From the sequence record OL362041.1: DNA of 64,000 nt; one strand, 5' to 3'. Below are positions 20,277 to 30,835 of this stretch, in pieces (position 1 is the first letter of the stretch; every line of letters starts with the position of its first letter). This stretch comes from Escherichia phage vB_Eco_OMNI12. The notes beneath the pieces were generated by a model that was given only the letters and a program-made list of their open reading frames with translations, ran no database searches and had not been told where the DNA came from. The position numbers and the translations under genes were made by a program.

Positions 20277-21703
20277 TAAAATTTTAATTCATTTGCCAAA
20301 GCATCTAACTGAGCTCGAGTCGATTCGTTTCTTTGATAGCGATTCTGCTCAGCTTGTATCTGTTGTGAACCTGCTACCTCACTCACTTCAGTTGGAGTAG
20401 AATCTTGTTCAATTTCTACCCATTTCTGATTTCCTTTTTGAACACCCATCAAAAACTTATTCCATTTATTCTTATCACCATATCGTGATTTGATTTGCTT
20501 AATAAGTTGTTGTTCAGCAGCTGCTAACTCCTCGGTTTCAATGACCGCAAGCATAAAATCAGCTGTTGCTGGAAGACCGGCAGATTCTGCAATATCGCTC
20601 ATGTTAACATCAGAAGAATCCCAAGCTTGTTTACCAACCTGTGCTGCAGTCCAAAGAACAGTTTCGGTTTCAACAGCAAGAGCACGTAATTCCTCTGCAA
20701 TGGCTTTAACAGTTGTGTAACTATTTTCTGAGTAAACTCTAATGCGGCAAGATTTACAAATACCTAGATAGTCGACAATAATGATTGTTGGAACAAAATT
20801 CTTCTTGAGCTTTAATTCGTTTAAAAGCGATCGAAATGTATTAGCATCTGCTCCACCAGTAGGATACTGTTTAACTATTAAACGACCGAGAGTAGATTTC
20901 TCGCGCCATTTTTCCATTTTTCCTTTATACTCAGCGTAAGAAATATGCCCGTCATCAATGTCATCAAGAGAAACATCAAGCATATTAGCATCAATACGTT
21001 TAGCACAGACTTCTTCTGCCATTTCCATGGAGATATAAAGAACGTTATGACCAAGCTGTAAATAATCCGCTGCTAATGAACAAAGTCCTAATGATTTACC
21101 AACGTTAACGCCAGCCATTAAAACGTTCAGTGTTCCAGTCTCAGCTCCGCCTTTAGTAATTTTGTTTAGAATTCTGAGTTTAAATGGAACCTTACGAGCT
21201 TTATTCATATAAGATAGCCAACGCGCTTCATAGTCATCCATCCAATCATGACCAACGTAGCTATCAAATGAAATTGATAATGCTTGGCGCATGATGTCAG
21301 GAATAGCACCTACATCTGGCATTTTCTTATTTCGTTTTTCCGGAGGAAGCTCAGCATTAGTTTGAATTTCGATTATTTTAGACGTAGCATTAAACATCGC
21401 CCTTTGCTGAACATATTTTTCTGTTTCTTTTACTAACCAACTGTGGTCTTCTGGAGAATCGGCTAGTTTTGAAATAAGTGTTTTTACACCAGAATATTCT
21501 GTTTCAGTAAATGAACTATTTTCTAATGCAACATTTAACGCATTAATAGATGGAACGCTATGATACTCATTAACATGAGATTTAATTAATTTGAACGTAT
21601 TTTTAGCTGGACCACTTTCAAAATATTCTGAATCCATATATGGCCAAACTTTTGAAAAATAAGCTTGATCAAATATGAGATGAGAAAGAATAATTTCTAC
21701 CAC
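20276..21703 (-). CDS. 41: Replicative DNA helicase gp41 (DnaB-like)
   Basis: 475 aa, Walker A GVNVGKS; matches T4 gp41 size and position. Confidence 0.9.
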   Translation of the reverse strand: MVEIILSHLIFDQAYFSKVWPYMDSEYFESGPAKNTFKLIKSHVNEYHSVPSINALNVALENSSFTETEYSGVKTLISKLADSPEDHSWLVKETEKYVQQRAMFNATSKIIEIQTNAELPPEKRNKKMPDVGAIPDIMRQALSISFDSYVGHDWMDDYEARWLSYMNKARKVPFKLRILNKITKGGAETGTLNVLMAGVNVGKSLGLCSLAADYLQLGHNVLYISMEMAEEVCAKRIDANMLDVSLDDIDDGHISYAEYKGKMEKWREKSTLGRLIVKQYPTGGADANTFRSLLNELKLKKNFVPTIIIVDYLGICKSCRIRVYSENSYTTVKAIAEELRALAVETETVLWTAAQVGKQAWDSSDVNMSDIAESAGLPATADFMLAVIETEELAAAEQQLIKQIKSRYGDKNKWNKFLMGVQKGNQKWVEIEQDSTPTEVSEVAGSQQIQAEQNRYQRNESTRAQLDALANELKF

Positions 21704-21712
21704 ACTTACTCC

Positions 21713-22057
21713 TTAAAAGAATTTAAACTTTTTCTTTGACCTTTTATTAAATGCATCTTGTAGTTGCATTGTAATACATTTTTCTACATGAGGAGCTAAC
21801 TCAGCTTTTCTTTCTTGGTCAAGAACAGCAAAGTCCATTACGACTTTTCCATCAACCCAATCTAATTTTGTCACATACACAATGTGTGTAGAACCATCTT
21901 CTAGTTTAATGACAATCTCCTGGATAACATTTTCCATGGCAGATTTAATTATCTTAAGAGATTCATTAAAAAGACGTTCTTTTCTTTCTTCTTCCCCCTC
22001 CGAAGAGGGGGATTCATCGATAATTTCTAGATCTAAATCTAAATCATCTTTATTCAT
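21713..22057 (-). CDS. 40: gp40 head-assembly protein (about 114 aa)
   Basis: Track start is GTG overlapping uvsX; the ATG at 22057 avoids overlap. Confidence 0.65.
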   Translation of the reverse strand: MNKDDLDLDLEIIDESPSSEGEEERKERLFNESLKIIKSAMENVIQEIVIKLEDGSTHIVYVTKLDWVDGKVVMDFAVLDQERKAELAPHVEKCITMQLQDAFNKRSKKKFKFF

Positions 22058-23231
22058 TAAATTCTTCCATATCACTTAACTGCTCGAGGTCAGTTTCTAA
22101 ATCAGCAGCTGATTTACTTTTACTTTCTGGAGATTTAAATTTTTCAACCTTTGAGTTAATCAATTCATCAACTTCAGCTTCAACAATTTCATTACTATCA
22201 ATAGCACCTAACTGATAAGCACGTTTAATAGCATCTCGGAATGGTTGATGCTTAAATAAAGGACCCCAGAATGTAGTGCAGTTGGTATCTTTTGCACGCC
22301 AAGATTTTTCTTCGCGAATCATCTCGCCGGTTTCTTCATCAAGAAATTCACGAGCATACCAACCATTTTTAGGTTTTACTACAAATCCTAATTCTAGAGC
22401 CATATCTAACAATCCAGAATAAGGATCAATACCACCGTCAAATTTAACATCAATAAAGAATTTACTTTTTTCTTTAACGGTACGAGATTTTTCTACATTT
22501 AGAACAAATTGATACCCCTGAAGATCAGAACCATCTTTAATCTGACGCTTACCGATAATGAATACAGTATCAGCCGAATACATTACGCCTGTACCACCCG
22601 TCATCACGGTTTTACTAAACATTTCAATTGTTTCAATTGTATGGTTAACCGCAACACATGGAATATTTTTAATGCTAAAGTAAGGAGTAACAATACGGAA
22701 TAATGACTTCAGTGATTTAGCACGAGTCATATCTGCCACAGATTTTTCATTCAAGGCATCTTCAGTTTCTTTCTTAGAAGCCATATTACCGATTGAGTCG
22801 ATGAATACAATAACTTTTTCACCGCGCTCAATAGCTTCAAGCTGGTTCACCATATCAATTTTCAGTTGTTCAACTGACTGAATCGGCGTATGAATTACTC
22901 GTTCCGGGTCAACTCCCATGGATCGCAAATAAGCTGGAGTAATACCAAATTCGCTATCATAGAATAGACAAACCGCGTCTGGATATTTGTTCAAATATGC
23001 CGCAACCATAGTCAAAGACATATTTGATTTAAAGTGTTTAGAAGGCCCTGCGAAAATAGTTAAACCAGACTGCATACCGCCATCAATCGCACCAGAAATA
23101 GCAATATTAAGCATTGGAATTTTTGTACGAATTACATCCTTTTCATTAAAGAATTTAGATGTAGTCAGTTCAGCAGTCATTTTAGAAGTGGAAGCTTTAA
23201 TCAAACGGGATTTTAAATCTGCAATAGACAT
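22050..23231 (-). CDS. uvsX: UvsX RecA-like recombinase
   Basis: 393 aa, very close to T4 UvsX as recalled; Walker A GPSKHFKS. Confidence 0.9.
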   Translation of the reverse strand: MSIADLKSRLIKASTSKMTAELTTSKFFNEKDVIRTKIPMLNIAISGAIDGGMQSGLTIFAGPSKHFKSNMSLTMVAAYLNKYPDAVCLFYDSEFGITPAYLRSMGVDPERVIHTPIQSVEQLKIDMVNQLEAIERGEKVIVFIDSIGNMASKKETEDALNEKSVADMTRAKSLKSLFRIVTPYFSIKNIPCVAVNHTIETIEMFSKTVMTGGTGVMYSADTVFIIGKRQIKDGSDLQGYQFVLNVEKSRTVKEKSKFFIDVKFDGGIDPYSGLLDMALELGFVVKPKNGWYAREFLDEETGEMIREEKSWRAKDTNCTTFWGPLFKHQPFRDAIKRAYQLGAIDSNEIVEAEVDELINSKVEKFKSPESKSKSAADLETDLEQLSDMEEFNE

Positions 23232-23309
23232 TCATTTTTTTCCATAGGCATCATTATATTTTCCTCACTGGTTAAAGATAGAGTAATTATAACACAATAA
23301 ATTTAGGCA

Positions 23310-24158
23310 TTAATCAACTGCTATTGGATGAATAGCATTAAACTTATGAAATGCTTCTGATTTTTCTTTACGCGAAACACACATGCGAAGAACCTTTAAT
23401 GGCTCGTCTTCTTCACCCAACGATTTTCTCTTTTCAATATTAGAAGTTTTCCAACGAGCTTGCTCTGGAAACTCTCTATTGATTTGCTCAAGAGCTCTAT
23501 TATGTTTTGAATTACTACGAATTGAACTACATCCGCCAGGAGCCTGCGCTTTTCCAGACACAACCAGATATTTGAACAAAGCCAAATGCGGATAACCTTG
23601 ATTAATTAAATTGAGAAATGCATACATATCTTCGCATAAATCAATTTTTCCATACCCAATTTGTTCTGTGGTAAGTTTTCCGAGGTCATACCATGTATTC
23701 GTGAATCCATATGAATTTTCACGATAATTACCCCAAGATGAAGTAATTTTAAAAATTGGTAGACGAGCATGACCATGATAATACCCGCAATCCATGGCAT
23801 CCTCAACGTATTGAATCAATTCATAGAACTGTTCACGAGTTAATTGATTAATTTTATCTACGCGCCGTTTATCGTCTCTCTTTCGTATTGAACTCATACG
23901 AATAGTAGTATCATCGTCAATCATCCAGATTCGTTGACCTGCATACATATCAGTAATTGCTTTACGAGTACCGGCAATTCCGTTTACATCATCAGGAATA
24001 GTTATAATTTTAGCTCTAGACCCATAGGCATCATAATAAGCTTTTTCTTCGTGTTCACGCACTACAATATGGGGTTCATAATCAGTCGGAAACATATCAA
24101 GGGCAGAAACTGCCCCTACACGTTGATAGCTTGGAATTACGAATTGAATCATTTCCAC
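23310..24158 (-). CDS. Glycosyltransferase (282 aa) at the beta-gt locus, not T4 beta-gt
   Basis: DxD-like IDDD motif; sits between uvsX and 42 where T4 has 351-aa beta-gt; sequence unlike T4 beta-gt. Confidence 0.55.
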   Translation of the reverse strand: MEMIQFVIPSYQRVGAVSALDMFPTDYEPHIVVREHEEKAYYDAYGSRAKIITIPDDVNGIAGTRKAITDMYAGQRIWMIDDDTTIRMSSIRKRDDKRRVDKINQLTREQFYELIQYVEDAMDCGYYHGHARLPIFKITSSWGNYRENSYGFTNTWYDLGKLTTEQIGYGKIDLCEDMYAFLNLINQGYPHLALFKYLVVSGKAQAPGGCSSIRSNSKHNRALEQINREFPEQARWKTSNIEKRKSLGEEDEPLKVLRMCVSRKEKSEAFHKFNAIHPIAVD

Positions 24159-24889
24159 TCACCGTTATAATCTTTTTTCACAATATGAGTTTCGCCAGTA
24201 TTCCACCAATGATCAACCAAGTAAAAATGACGAGAATATACATGAAGACTTCCAACATTCCATATAATAGAACCTGCTTTATACTGACGAGTTGAATCGC
24301 CTGCATTCAAATCAGATACTAATTTATCTAATACGTATTTTTGCCATGCATAATCATTACGGAATCCGAAGACCACGTCATTTGAGCGCATGCTTACTAC
24401 TGCATTGACTTTCTTATCACGAATCAGGTACTGTACTGTATTAGTACACATGAAATCTGACATACCATCTTTATTGTAGTCAAATTGCATGGATGGACGA
24501 GTATAAATCATGATACCACGCCGAGAATCAGGATTTTGACCAAGTTCAGCTAAACACATATCATACTGGGCATAGTTATCTTCTGACCAAATAGCCCAAC
24601 CATAATTCGAGTTAATTTCGCCTTTAGAAGATGCTACCTGCTGCCAAATCTTTGGTGTTTCACCTGGAATATCTTTAACAAACAAGCTCTTAGATTTATA
24701 CCATTCAAGTTCACGCTGAATGTATTCATCATTAAGAGCGCCAAAAATAAATGGTTCATCTGCTACAAATGATGCGCCAATAATTTCAATAGTTTTAACA
24801 CCAGTTTTATCAACTACGAAATCTTTTTCTTTTAATGCAAGCCCCAAATGAAGACGGATTTCTTCAACTGTCATAGAGTCACTAATCAT
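24149..24889 (-). CDS. 42: dCMP hydroxymethylase gp42
   Basis: 246 aa; thymidylate-synthase-like fold, matches T4 gp42. Confidence 0.9.
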   Translation of the reverse strand: MISDSMTVEEIRLHLGLALKEKDFVVDKTGVKTIEIIGASFVADEPFIFGALNDEYIQRELEWYKSKSLFVKDIPGETPKIWQQVASSKGEINSNYGWAIWSEDNYAQYDMCLAELGQNPDSRRGIMIYTRPSMQFDYNKDGMSDFMCTNTVQYLIRDKKVNAVVSMRSNDVVFGFRNDYAWQKYVLDKLVSDLNAGDSTRQYKAGSIIWNVGSLHVYSRHFYLVDHWWNTGETHIVKKDYNGEWK

Positions 24890-25042
24890 TTAAACCTCAA
24901 TTGATACATTCATATTTAACTTGTAACAGTAATAAACCCCACCCTATGATAAGAGTTGGAATCATAGCAGGAACTGTTACGCTATAGTATATACTTATTA
25001 TAACCATCAAGATTAAAAGCAATGCTGTTATAATTTTGCTTT

Positions 25043-25294
25043 TCATTCCTTCTCTCTGATGATAATTACCTGGTTTGGTTGTGCAGACTTTTTAGTTTCA
25101 CCCGCAATTGACCAAATAAATGTAATAAACCAACCAATAATTGACCAGTTAAACAGTAAAGATGTGAAAAAGATTCCTACTGTCGATTTTGACCCACGCA
25201 TCAAGGCGATGAACCATGGAAGCATGTATATAATAATAGCCAACACACCTGAAACTAAAACCATAAAAATTGAACCTGCTACTAAAGTTTCCAT
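25043..25294 (-). CDS. imm: Imm superinfection immunity membrane protein
   Basis: 83 aa, two hydrophobic segments, position after gene 42. Confidence 0.8.
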   Translation of the reverse strand: METLVAGSIFMVLVSGVLAIIIYMLPWFIALMRGSKSTVGIFFTSLLFNWSIIGWFITFIWSIAGETKKSAQPNQVIIIREKE

Positions 25295-25301
25295 GTTTTC
25301 C

Positions 25302-25682
25302 TCACTTAGTCAAATTTTTTACACATGAATTATAAGAATTCACTACATACTCCATCGGAGCATTTTTACCGGTACGCCATTGGTAATTATTAGCCCAATT
25401 TGCCCAAAGCTCGGCGCAGTAGTTTTCAATTTTTTCTTCGCGTGTAATTACATCAGAATTACGATATGCTTGAGCAGATTCATCTGGACGAATAGCCTCG
25501 TCAAAATTCGCCTGCATTTGTTCTACTGTCTGTTTTGGAGCTTCTTTATAACACTTGACATTAGGATTATAAAATTTGCTTGAACAGTTTGCAATTTTTC
25601 CTACATCAGACTGATTTACTACCGGTCCTTGAGCTACACAACCAGTAAGACCTAATGCAATAACCAAAATAGCGATTTTCAT
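25302..25682 (-). CDS. imm.1-like lipoprotein (126 aa)
   Basis: Signal peptide with lipobox LTGC. Confidence 0.55.
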   Translation of the reverse strand: MKIAILVIALGLTGCVAQGPVVNQSDVGKIANCSSKFYNPNVKCYKEAPKQTVEQMQANFDEAIRPDESAQAYRNSDVITREEKIENYCAELWANWANNYQWRTGKNAPMEYVVNSYNSCVKNLTK

Positions 25683-25692
25683 AATAATTTCC

Positions 25693-25929
25693 TCAAATAC
25701 AAGTAGTAATTACTCCAGTAGTGCTTACACAGATATTACCTAATTGAACACCCAGCGTTCCATTAGTATTCACATGAAGATTATCATCAATTTTAACTGA
25801 TATTTTACCATTAGTGTGAATAACGGTGCTAGATTCAATCACAGGTTGAGTATCATTTTCAACACTAACAAATGGAACTGCTGCTAATGCAACTAAACAA
25901 ACTGCTAAGCATCCCATAACAATTTTCAT
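25693..25929 (-). CDS. Small secreted protein (about 78 aa)
   Basis: Track start is TTG inside the promoter; ATG at 25929 with GGAG SD; signal-peptide-like N-terminus. Confidence 0.45.
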   Translation of the reverse strand: MKIVMGCLAVCLVALAAVPFVSVENDTQPVIESSTVIHTNGKISVKIDDNLHVNTNGTLGVQLGNICVSTTGVITTCI

Positions 25930-25965
25930 TTTATTCTCCAAATCTGTATCAGTAGTTGATAGTTG

Positions 25966-25996
25966 TATAGTACCATAGAAGAACAGAGATGTAAAC
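25966..25996 (-). promoter_or_regulatory. T4-type early promoter with conserved leader motif
   Basis: Minus strand GTTTAC ... TGGTACTATAC followed by leader AACTATCAACTAC. Confidence 0.5.
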
Positions 25997-26079
25997 AGTT
26001 TTGTGAAAAAATTTTTAGGGAATCCAAAGGGTCCAGAATCATCTCTTTTTCATAAGTATAGATTTATATTACTTGTATG

Positions 26080-26100
26080 AAAAAGGGACCTGGAGGTCCC
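26080..26100 (-). terminator. Rho-independent terminator after gene 43
   Basis: gggacc tgga ggtccc hairpin followed by a U-run on the minus strand. Confidence 0.65.
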
Positions 26101-26113
26101 TAGATTTATTCTA

Positions 26114-28810
26114 TCAGCCAAACAGGAAGTCTAACGAAGCTTTTTCTTCATAGTCCATGCCAGCCGATTCACACATACCCGCAAGCGGTTTAACAAACGA
26201 TTTTTGGAACAAAGTTGAGTAGTCAATCCAAGATAGTACATCAGAACGAATTTCTTTTGGAAGTTCTGTACCCGACGGCCAAGCAATGCACTTGTCGCCA
26301 AATGGATTTCCTTCACGTAATGGAAGAACCATTACCTTATTTCCATCCAAAATTGGAGCTACACCCAAACCACTAACAGCTCGACGATAAGTTAGCACAC
26401 CGCGAATATGGAACGGGCATTTAAACCCTGGCCAACCTTTATCATCATATTTCGCTATATCGTTCGCAGTTTTTACTTCAGCAATAACTTTATAGTCAAG
26501 TTGACGATATTCTTTCTCGAAGTTCTTGTAATATTCTTGGACAGACTCTTCACCTTCCTGAAGAATACGACGAATACTTTCTTCAAGAGCTTCTTGTACT
26601 GCTTTTGGTGTTGAACTTTGCTGAGTTTCCATACCCATGATTTTTAGATGCGGTTCAGCAAATCGCTTATCTTCCATATCATAAACGTTCAGAGCATAAC
26701 GTTTTTTCGCTTTCCAAAATCCACCAACACCCTTTGAACCGAGCGGAGGACAAGAAATAGCTTCACGGTCCATATGCATCAGATGCTCGCGGTTATTCAT
26801 ATAGTCACATAACTCACGATATGCAACATCAATCATAGGTTCCATCTTTTTCTTACCGAACTGATTCATGAATTCAACTAAATCGTTCTGCTCTTTGAAT
26901 CGGTCAAGACCAACTTTTTCAATAACTTTATCTACACAAACATATACCGAATCAGTATCACCTGCTGCGATGAAATCTTCACCATTAGTTCCGCATACTT
27001 TATTCAGATATTCATTAATTTTACGAGCAATCCACTGAATACCGACTTGGCCGAAAATTGTGATAGCAGTAGCATTTCGCAAATCATAGTAACGGAAATG
27101 AATATTACCAAGAGCACCATAAAGACTATTAATGAGAATTTTACGGTTCAGCTGATTTGTGTTAGCAAGTGTAGCCGCTTTTTCACATTCTTCAATCAAA
27201 CTATTGAGAACAGATTCAGTATAATTCGATAGTTCATTTAAGAAATCATCACTGAACTTAACATATCGTTCAACTTCAGGTTTAGTTGAACAAGACCCTG
27301 CGCCTTTCATAATAATCTTTTTAATAGCTTCGGCATTCATTTCTTCAGCGAACATTTTCTTTTTCCAATCTTTACGCTGGAAAAATACTTTAGCGATTTC
27401 CTTTGGAATGATACCTTCTTGATGCTTATCATACATCCATCCATTCGGAGAACAAGAATATTCATCACTTGGTTTAGGAGCTGTTCCTGCGATATATTCA
27501 TGAATTGGATGAACTTTAAACTGACCACGAATAGTTTCAGGACTAATGTTAACCTGACGAATAATGCTCGGATACAGAGACGTCAAGTCAAAACTCATAA
27601 TATATCGACGAGCAATTGGTTTAGGTTCAAATACAAATGCACCCGGAAAACTCTGTTTAACGTGCGAACCTTGTTGAGGAATAACCTTATGTTCACCTTT
27701 CAATGAGTTAAAAATAATAGCATCCCAAGTTTTAATAGGACTCATTACACCAGAAAAAGGCATTTTGGCGTAATAAGACATACTTAAAACTAGATCGATA
27801 AACCCACGAATTTTATCAATTGCTTGAACTGATTCTACGTCAATGATGTTATAACTAATGTATCGTTGATGATTAGTCTCACGAAGTTTATTAATAGGAC
27901 CGTCGTATGGTAATTTACCTTTTTTGGTTTCATGCTGAGCAACTGATTCCAAAGAGAATGACGGCAAATTAGTAAAAGCAAATTTCTTGTACAAATCTAA
28001 ATAATCAAGAATAGATACGCCATCAATAGAATAAATTTCTTTGCTACCGTACATATTTTGAATTAGTTTAGATTTTACCCGACCGATTGGAGAGAAGCGT
28101 TTCATACTACGTTCACCGAGAACCATTTTAACGCGATTCATGATATACGGAACGTCAAATCCCTCAATATTCCAACCAGTAAAAATAGCAGGTCGTTTCT
28201 GTTCCCAAAGATTGATATATTCCATGAGCATATCACGCTCATTATCGAATGGCATATAAATTACTCGGTCAAGAATTTCTTGAGGAACTTCATCACCACC
28301 TTCACAGTCAAGCTTAGCAGCTAACTTTGCATCCCATTTTGATACTGAACCGTACATTGAATTCAAAAGGTCGAAAACATAAAAACGATCATCAATTGAA
28401 TCGTAATGAGTGATAGCATCAATTTCATATTCAGCTTTCATTGGGTCAGGAAATTTATCACCAGTAACCTCAATGTCACAGTTAGCTACACGAACAAATT
28501 TTCGGTCATAAACAATTTCTGAACCATATGTATCACTGATATAAGCGAGTTTAAAATCGTTCATACCGAGAGCTTCGAGACCGATGTCTTCCATTCGCTT
28601 CATCCAATCTCGAGCATCTTTCATTGATGGAAATTTTTGAGGAGCGCAATTTTTACCATAGATGTCTTTGTACTTTGACTCTTCCTTACAATGCCTAAAC
28701 ATAGTTGGAAGATATTCTACTTCACGAGTACGTTCCTTTCCGTTTTCATCAATATAACGTTCAACAATGTTATTTCCGACTGTTTCAATAGAGATATAAA
28801 ATTCTTTCAT
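26114..28810 (-). CDS. 43: DNA polymerase gp43 (family B, with 3-5 exonuclease)
   Basis: 898 aa as T4 gp43; exo motifs and polymerase motifs (DxxSLYPS, YGDTDS). Confidence 0.95.
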   Translation of the reverse strand: MKEFYISIETVGNNIVERYIDENGKERTREVEYLPTMFRHCKEESKYKDIYGKNCAPQKFPSMKDARDWMKRMEDIGLEALGMNDFKLAYISDTYGSEIVYDRKFVRVANCDIEVTGDKFPDPMKAEYEIDAITHYDSIDDRFYVFDLLNSMYGSVSKWDAKLAAKLDCEGGDEVPQEILDRVIYMPFDNERDMLMEYINLWEQKRPAIFTGWNIEGFDVPYIMNRVKMVLGERSMKRFSPIGRVKSKLIQNMYGSKEIYSIDGVSILDYLDLYKKFAFTNLPSFSLESVAQHETKKGKLPYDGPINKLRETNHQRYISYNIIDVESVQAIDKIRGFIDLVLSMSYYAKMPFSGVMSPIKTWDAIIFNSLKGEHKVIPQQGSHVKQSFPGAFVFEPKPIARRYIMSFDLTSLYPSIIRQVNISPETIRGQFKVHPIHEYIAGTAPKPSDEYSCSPNGWMYDKHQEGIIPKEIAKVFFQRKDWKKKMFAEEMNAEAIKKIIMKGAGSCSTKPEVERYVKFSDDFLNELSNYTESVLNSLIEECEKAATLANTNQLNRKILINSLYGALGNIHFRYYDLRNATAITIFGQVGIQWIARKINEYLNKVCGTNGEDFIAAGDTDSVYVCVDKVIEKVGLDRFKEQNDLVEFMNQFGKKKMEPMIDVAYRELCDYMNNREHLMHMDREAISCPPLGSKGVGGFWKAKKRYALNVYDMEDKRFAEPHLKIMGMETQQSSTPKAVQEALEESIRRILQEGEESVQEYYKNFEKEYRQLDYKVIAEVKTANDIAKYDDKGWPGFKCPFHIRGVLTYRRAVSGLGVAPILDGNKVMVLPLREGNPFGDKCIAWPSGTELPKEIRSDVLSWIDYSTLFQKSFVKPLAGMCESAGMDYEEKASLDFLFG

Positions 28811-28870
28811 AGATATTCCTTAGTTTATAGCCCGAGTTATTAGGCTCTTGATATATTATACTCCAAATAA

Positions 28871-28884
28871 GGGGCCGAAGCCCC
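28871..28884 (-). terminator. Hairpin after regA (GGGGC UUCG GCCCC)
   Basis: ggggc cgaa gcccc inverted repeat just after the regA stop. Confidence 0.55.
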
Positions 28885-28889
28885 CTTGC

Positions 28890-29258
28890 TTAATTACCAA
28901 TCGTATATTTAGGAACGAGTTTCCATTCATGTTTTTGTTTAAAAGAAATAACTCGGAAGTTATTAGTTAAATCTTTCATAAAAGTTCTTTGACCAGGGAC
29001 GATTTCAATCAGTCCCCAATCTTCTAACAGCCATGCAATCGAATCACGACGAACTTCATCTTCTTCTGTCATTTCAACTTGACGGCCATCCATACGAAGC
29101 ATTTCTTTAAAATGAACGATATAGTATAGTCCTTTTTTCTGAAGAATATGACAGGACTGATACAGAACTTTATCTTTATTATTAGCAATTCCCATACGAG
29201 TCAAAGTTTCTTTTACTTTCAGAAAATCTTCAGGTTTTTTAAGAGTAATTTCAATCAT
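28890..29258 (-). CDS. regA: RegA translational repressor
   Basis: 122 aa as T4 RegA; position between 62 and 43. Confidence 0.85.
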   Translation of the reverse strand: MIEITLKKPEDFLKVKETLTRMGIANNKDKVLYQSCHILQKKGLYYIVHFKEMLRMDGRQVEMTEEDEVRRDSIAWLLEDWGLIEIVPGQRTFMKDLTNNFRVISFKQKHEWKLVPKYTIGN

Positions 29259-29259
29259 T

Positions 29260-29823
29260 TTACCATTCCAATGCTAGTTTTTTGAGTTGTTTCTGTTCTT
29301 TTACGTTCTTAGTCACTTCTTTCAAAAAATCATCCGTGACTAAACCTTTTAGTTCTTTTAATACTAAAGGAAGTTTTCCATTTTTAGTAAGAATTGATTT
29401 ATAGTTAATTGCATCATTTGTATTAACTTGATACCGTTTAGCAAGTAACTTAATAATCAATACTTCAGTGGAATCTTCAACCAGTTTTGCCCATTTACCA
29501 TATCTTTTACCCCGAGGAACAGCAGCCATCAGATAATTAAAATGGGCTTCATCACTTAAACCTGATCCAATTAAATTCATAGCATATACAGCTGGCATGC
29601 ATTCAGGAAATTGTGATAATGCATTCTCAACCATGTATTTTGAATAATCTTTTTGAGCAATAGAGCATTTAGTTTTATTATTAATAGCTCCAATTATTTC
29701 AAAAAATTCATTTTCAGCTTTTTCTTTAAAAGAATCAGCAGCGGATTGGACAGCTGTCCAATCTTTTGAATACCAAGCAACTTGATGCTCGTTTAATTGA
29801 ATATCATCTTCAAATAAGCTCAT
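29260..29823 (-). CDS. 62: Clamp loader small subunit gp62
   Basis: About 187 aa from ATG at 29823; overlaps gene 44 stop. Confidence 0.85.
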   Translation of the reverse strand: MSLFEDDIQLNEHQVAWYSKDWTAVQSAADSFKEKAENEFFEIIGAINNKTKCSIAQKDYSKYMVENALSQFPECMPAVYAMNLIGSGLSDEAHFNYLMAAVPRGKRYGKWAKLVEDSTEVLIIKLLAKRYQVNTNDAINYKSILTKNGKLPLVLKELKGLVTDDFLKEVTKNVKEQKQLKKLALEW

Positions 29824-29824
29824 A

Positions 29825-30784
29825 TCACTTCCACTGCATTTCACATGCCAATTGAATGAAAAGATATGCTAAATGTAATTCAGTATTAGCCGCAATTCCA
29901 TGATACTGGTTATTTTCACCAACAATTTCATACATACGAATAATACTCTGCGGAGTTACGCGTGTATAGATTTCTTCGGCAAGTTTACCTACGAACCACG
30001 AATAATCAGCTGCATATTTTGGTGCTAAAGCTCTGAGCTGTTTAACATCTTTATTTTTGAGAGACTCAAGAACATCATCAATAGCACCACGATCGTTAGT
30101 AACCAGTGATAAAATACCAGCATCCAAAACACCTTTAGATGAATAACTATCGAGCTCACCAATAGTTTTACGAAAATCAGGAAAATTCTTTTTAACCAAA
30201 GCTGCTACAACTTTCATATCAGCTATAGCAATTCCTTCATGCTTGCAGATTTCAGTCAATCGACGAATCATCTGCTTCATCATTTCAATTTTATCTTCAT
30301 CGGTCGGTTGACCGAACGTAATAACTCGGCAGCGTGACTGAAGCGGTTTAATAATACCATCAATATTGTTAGCAGTAATAATAATACTACAGTTTGAACT
30401 ATAAGCTTCCATAAAGGAACGAAGATGTCGCTGAGACTCTGCTAATCCTGAACGGTCAAATTCATCAATAACAATTACTTTTTGACGACCATCAAATGAA
30501 GCTGCACTAGCAAAATTAGTCAAAGGACCGCGAACGAAATCAATTTTACAATCTGACCCATTCACAAACATCATATCAGCATTTACATCATGGCACAATG
30601 CTTTTGCTACGGTTGTTTTACCTGTTCCCGGAGAAGGAGAATGAAGAATAATATGTGGAATCTTACCTTTACTTGTAATAGATTTAAAGGTTTCTTTATC
30701 AAAGGCGGGAAGAATACATTCATCGATAGTAGATGGACGATATTTCTGTTCAAGAATGTGTTCTTTTTCATTTACAGTAATCAT
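29825..30784 (-). CDS. 44: Clamp loader AAA+ subunit gp44
   Basis: Track start is TTG; ATG at 30784 gives 319 aa as T4 gp44; Walker [10 protein letters not shown]. Confidence 0.9.
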   Translation of the reverse strand: MITVNEKEHILEQKYRPSTIDECILPAFDKETFKSITSKGKIPHIILHSPSPGTGKTTVAKALCHDVNADMMFVNGSDCKIDFVRGPLTNFASAASFDGRQKVIVIDEFDRSGLAESQRHLRSFMEAYSSNCSIIITANNIDGIIKPLQSRCRVITFGQPTDEDKIEMMKQMIRRLTEICKHEGIAIADMKVVAALVKKNFPDFRKTIGELDSYSSKGVLDAGILSLVTNDRGAIDDVLESLKNKDVKQLRALAPKYAADYSWFVGKLAEEIYTRVTPQSIIRMYEIVGENNQYHGIAANTELHLAYLFIQLACEMQWK

Positions 30785-30818
30785 AATTTCCTCATTCAAG
30801 TTTTAGTGTAAATTATAA

Positions 30819-30832
30819 AGGGCCGAAGCCCT
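30819..30832 (-). terminator. Hairpin after gene 45
   Basis: agggc cgaa gccct inverted repeat between gene 45 stop and gene 44 start. Confidence 0.5.
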
Positions 30833-30835
30833 CTA

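Noticed and set aside
26131-26316. 61-aa ORF inside the 3-prime end of gene 43
   Set aside because: Alternative frame within DNA polymerase gene
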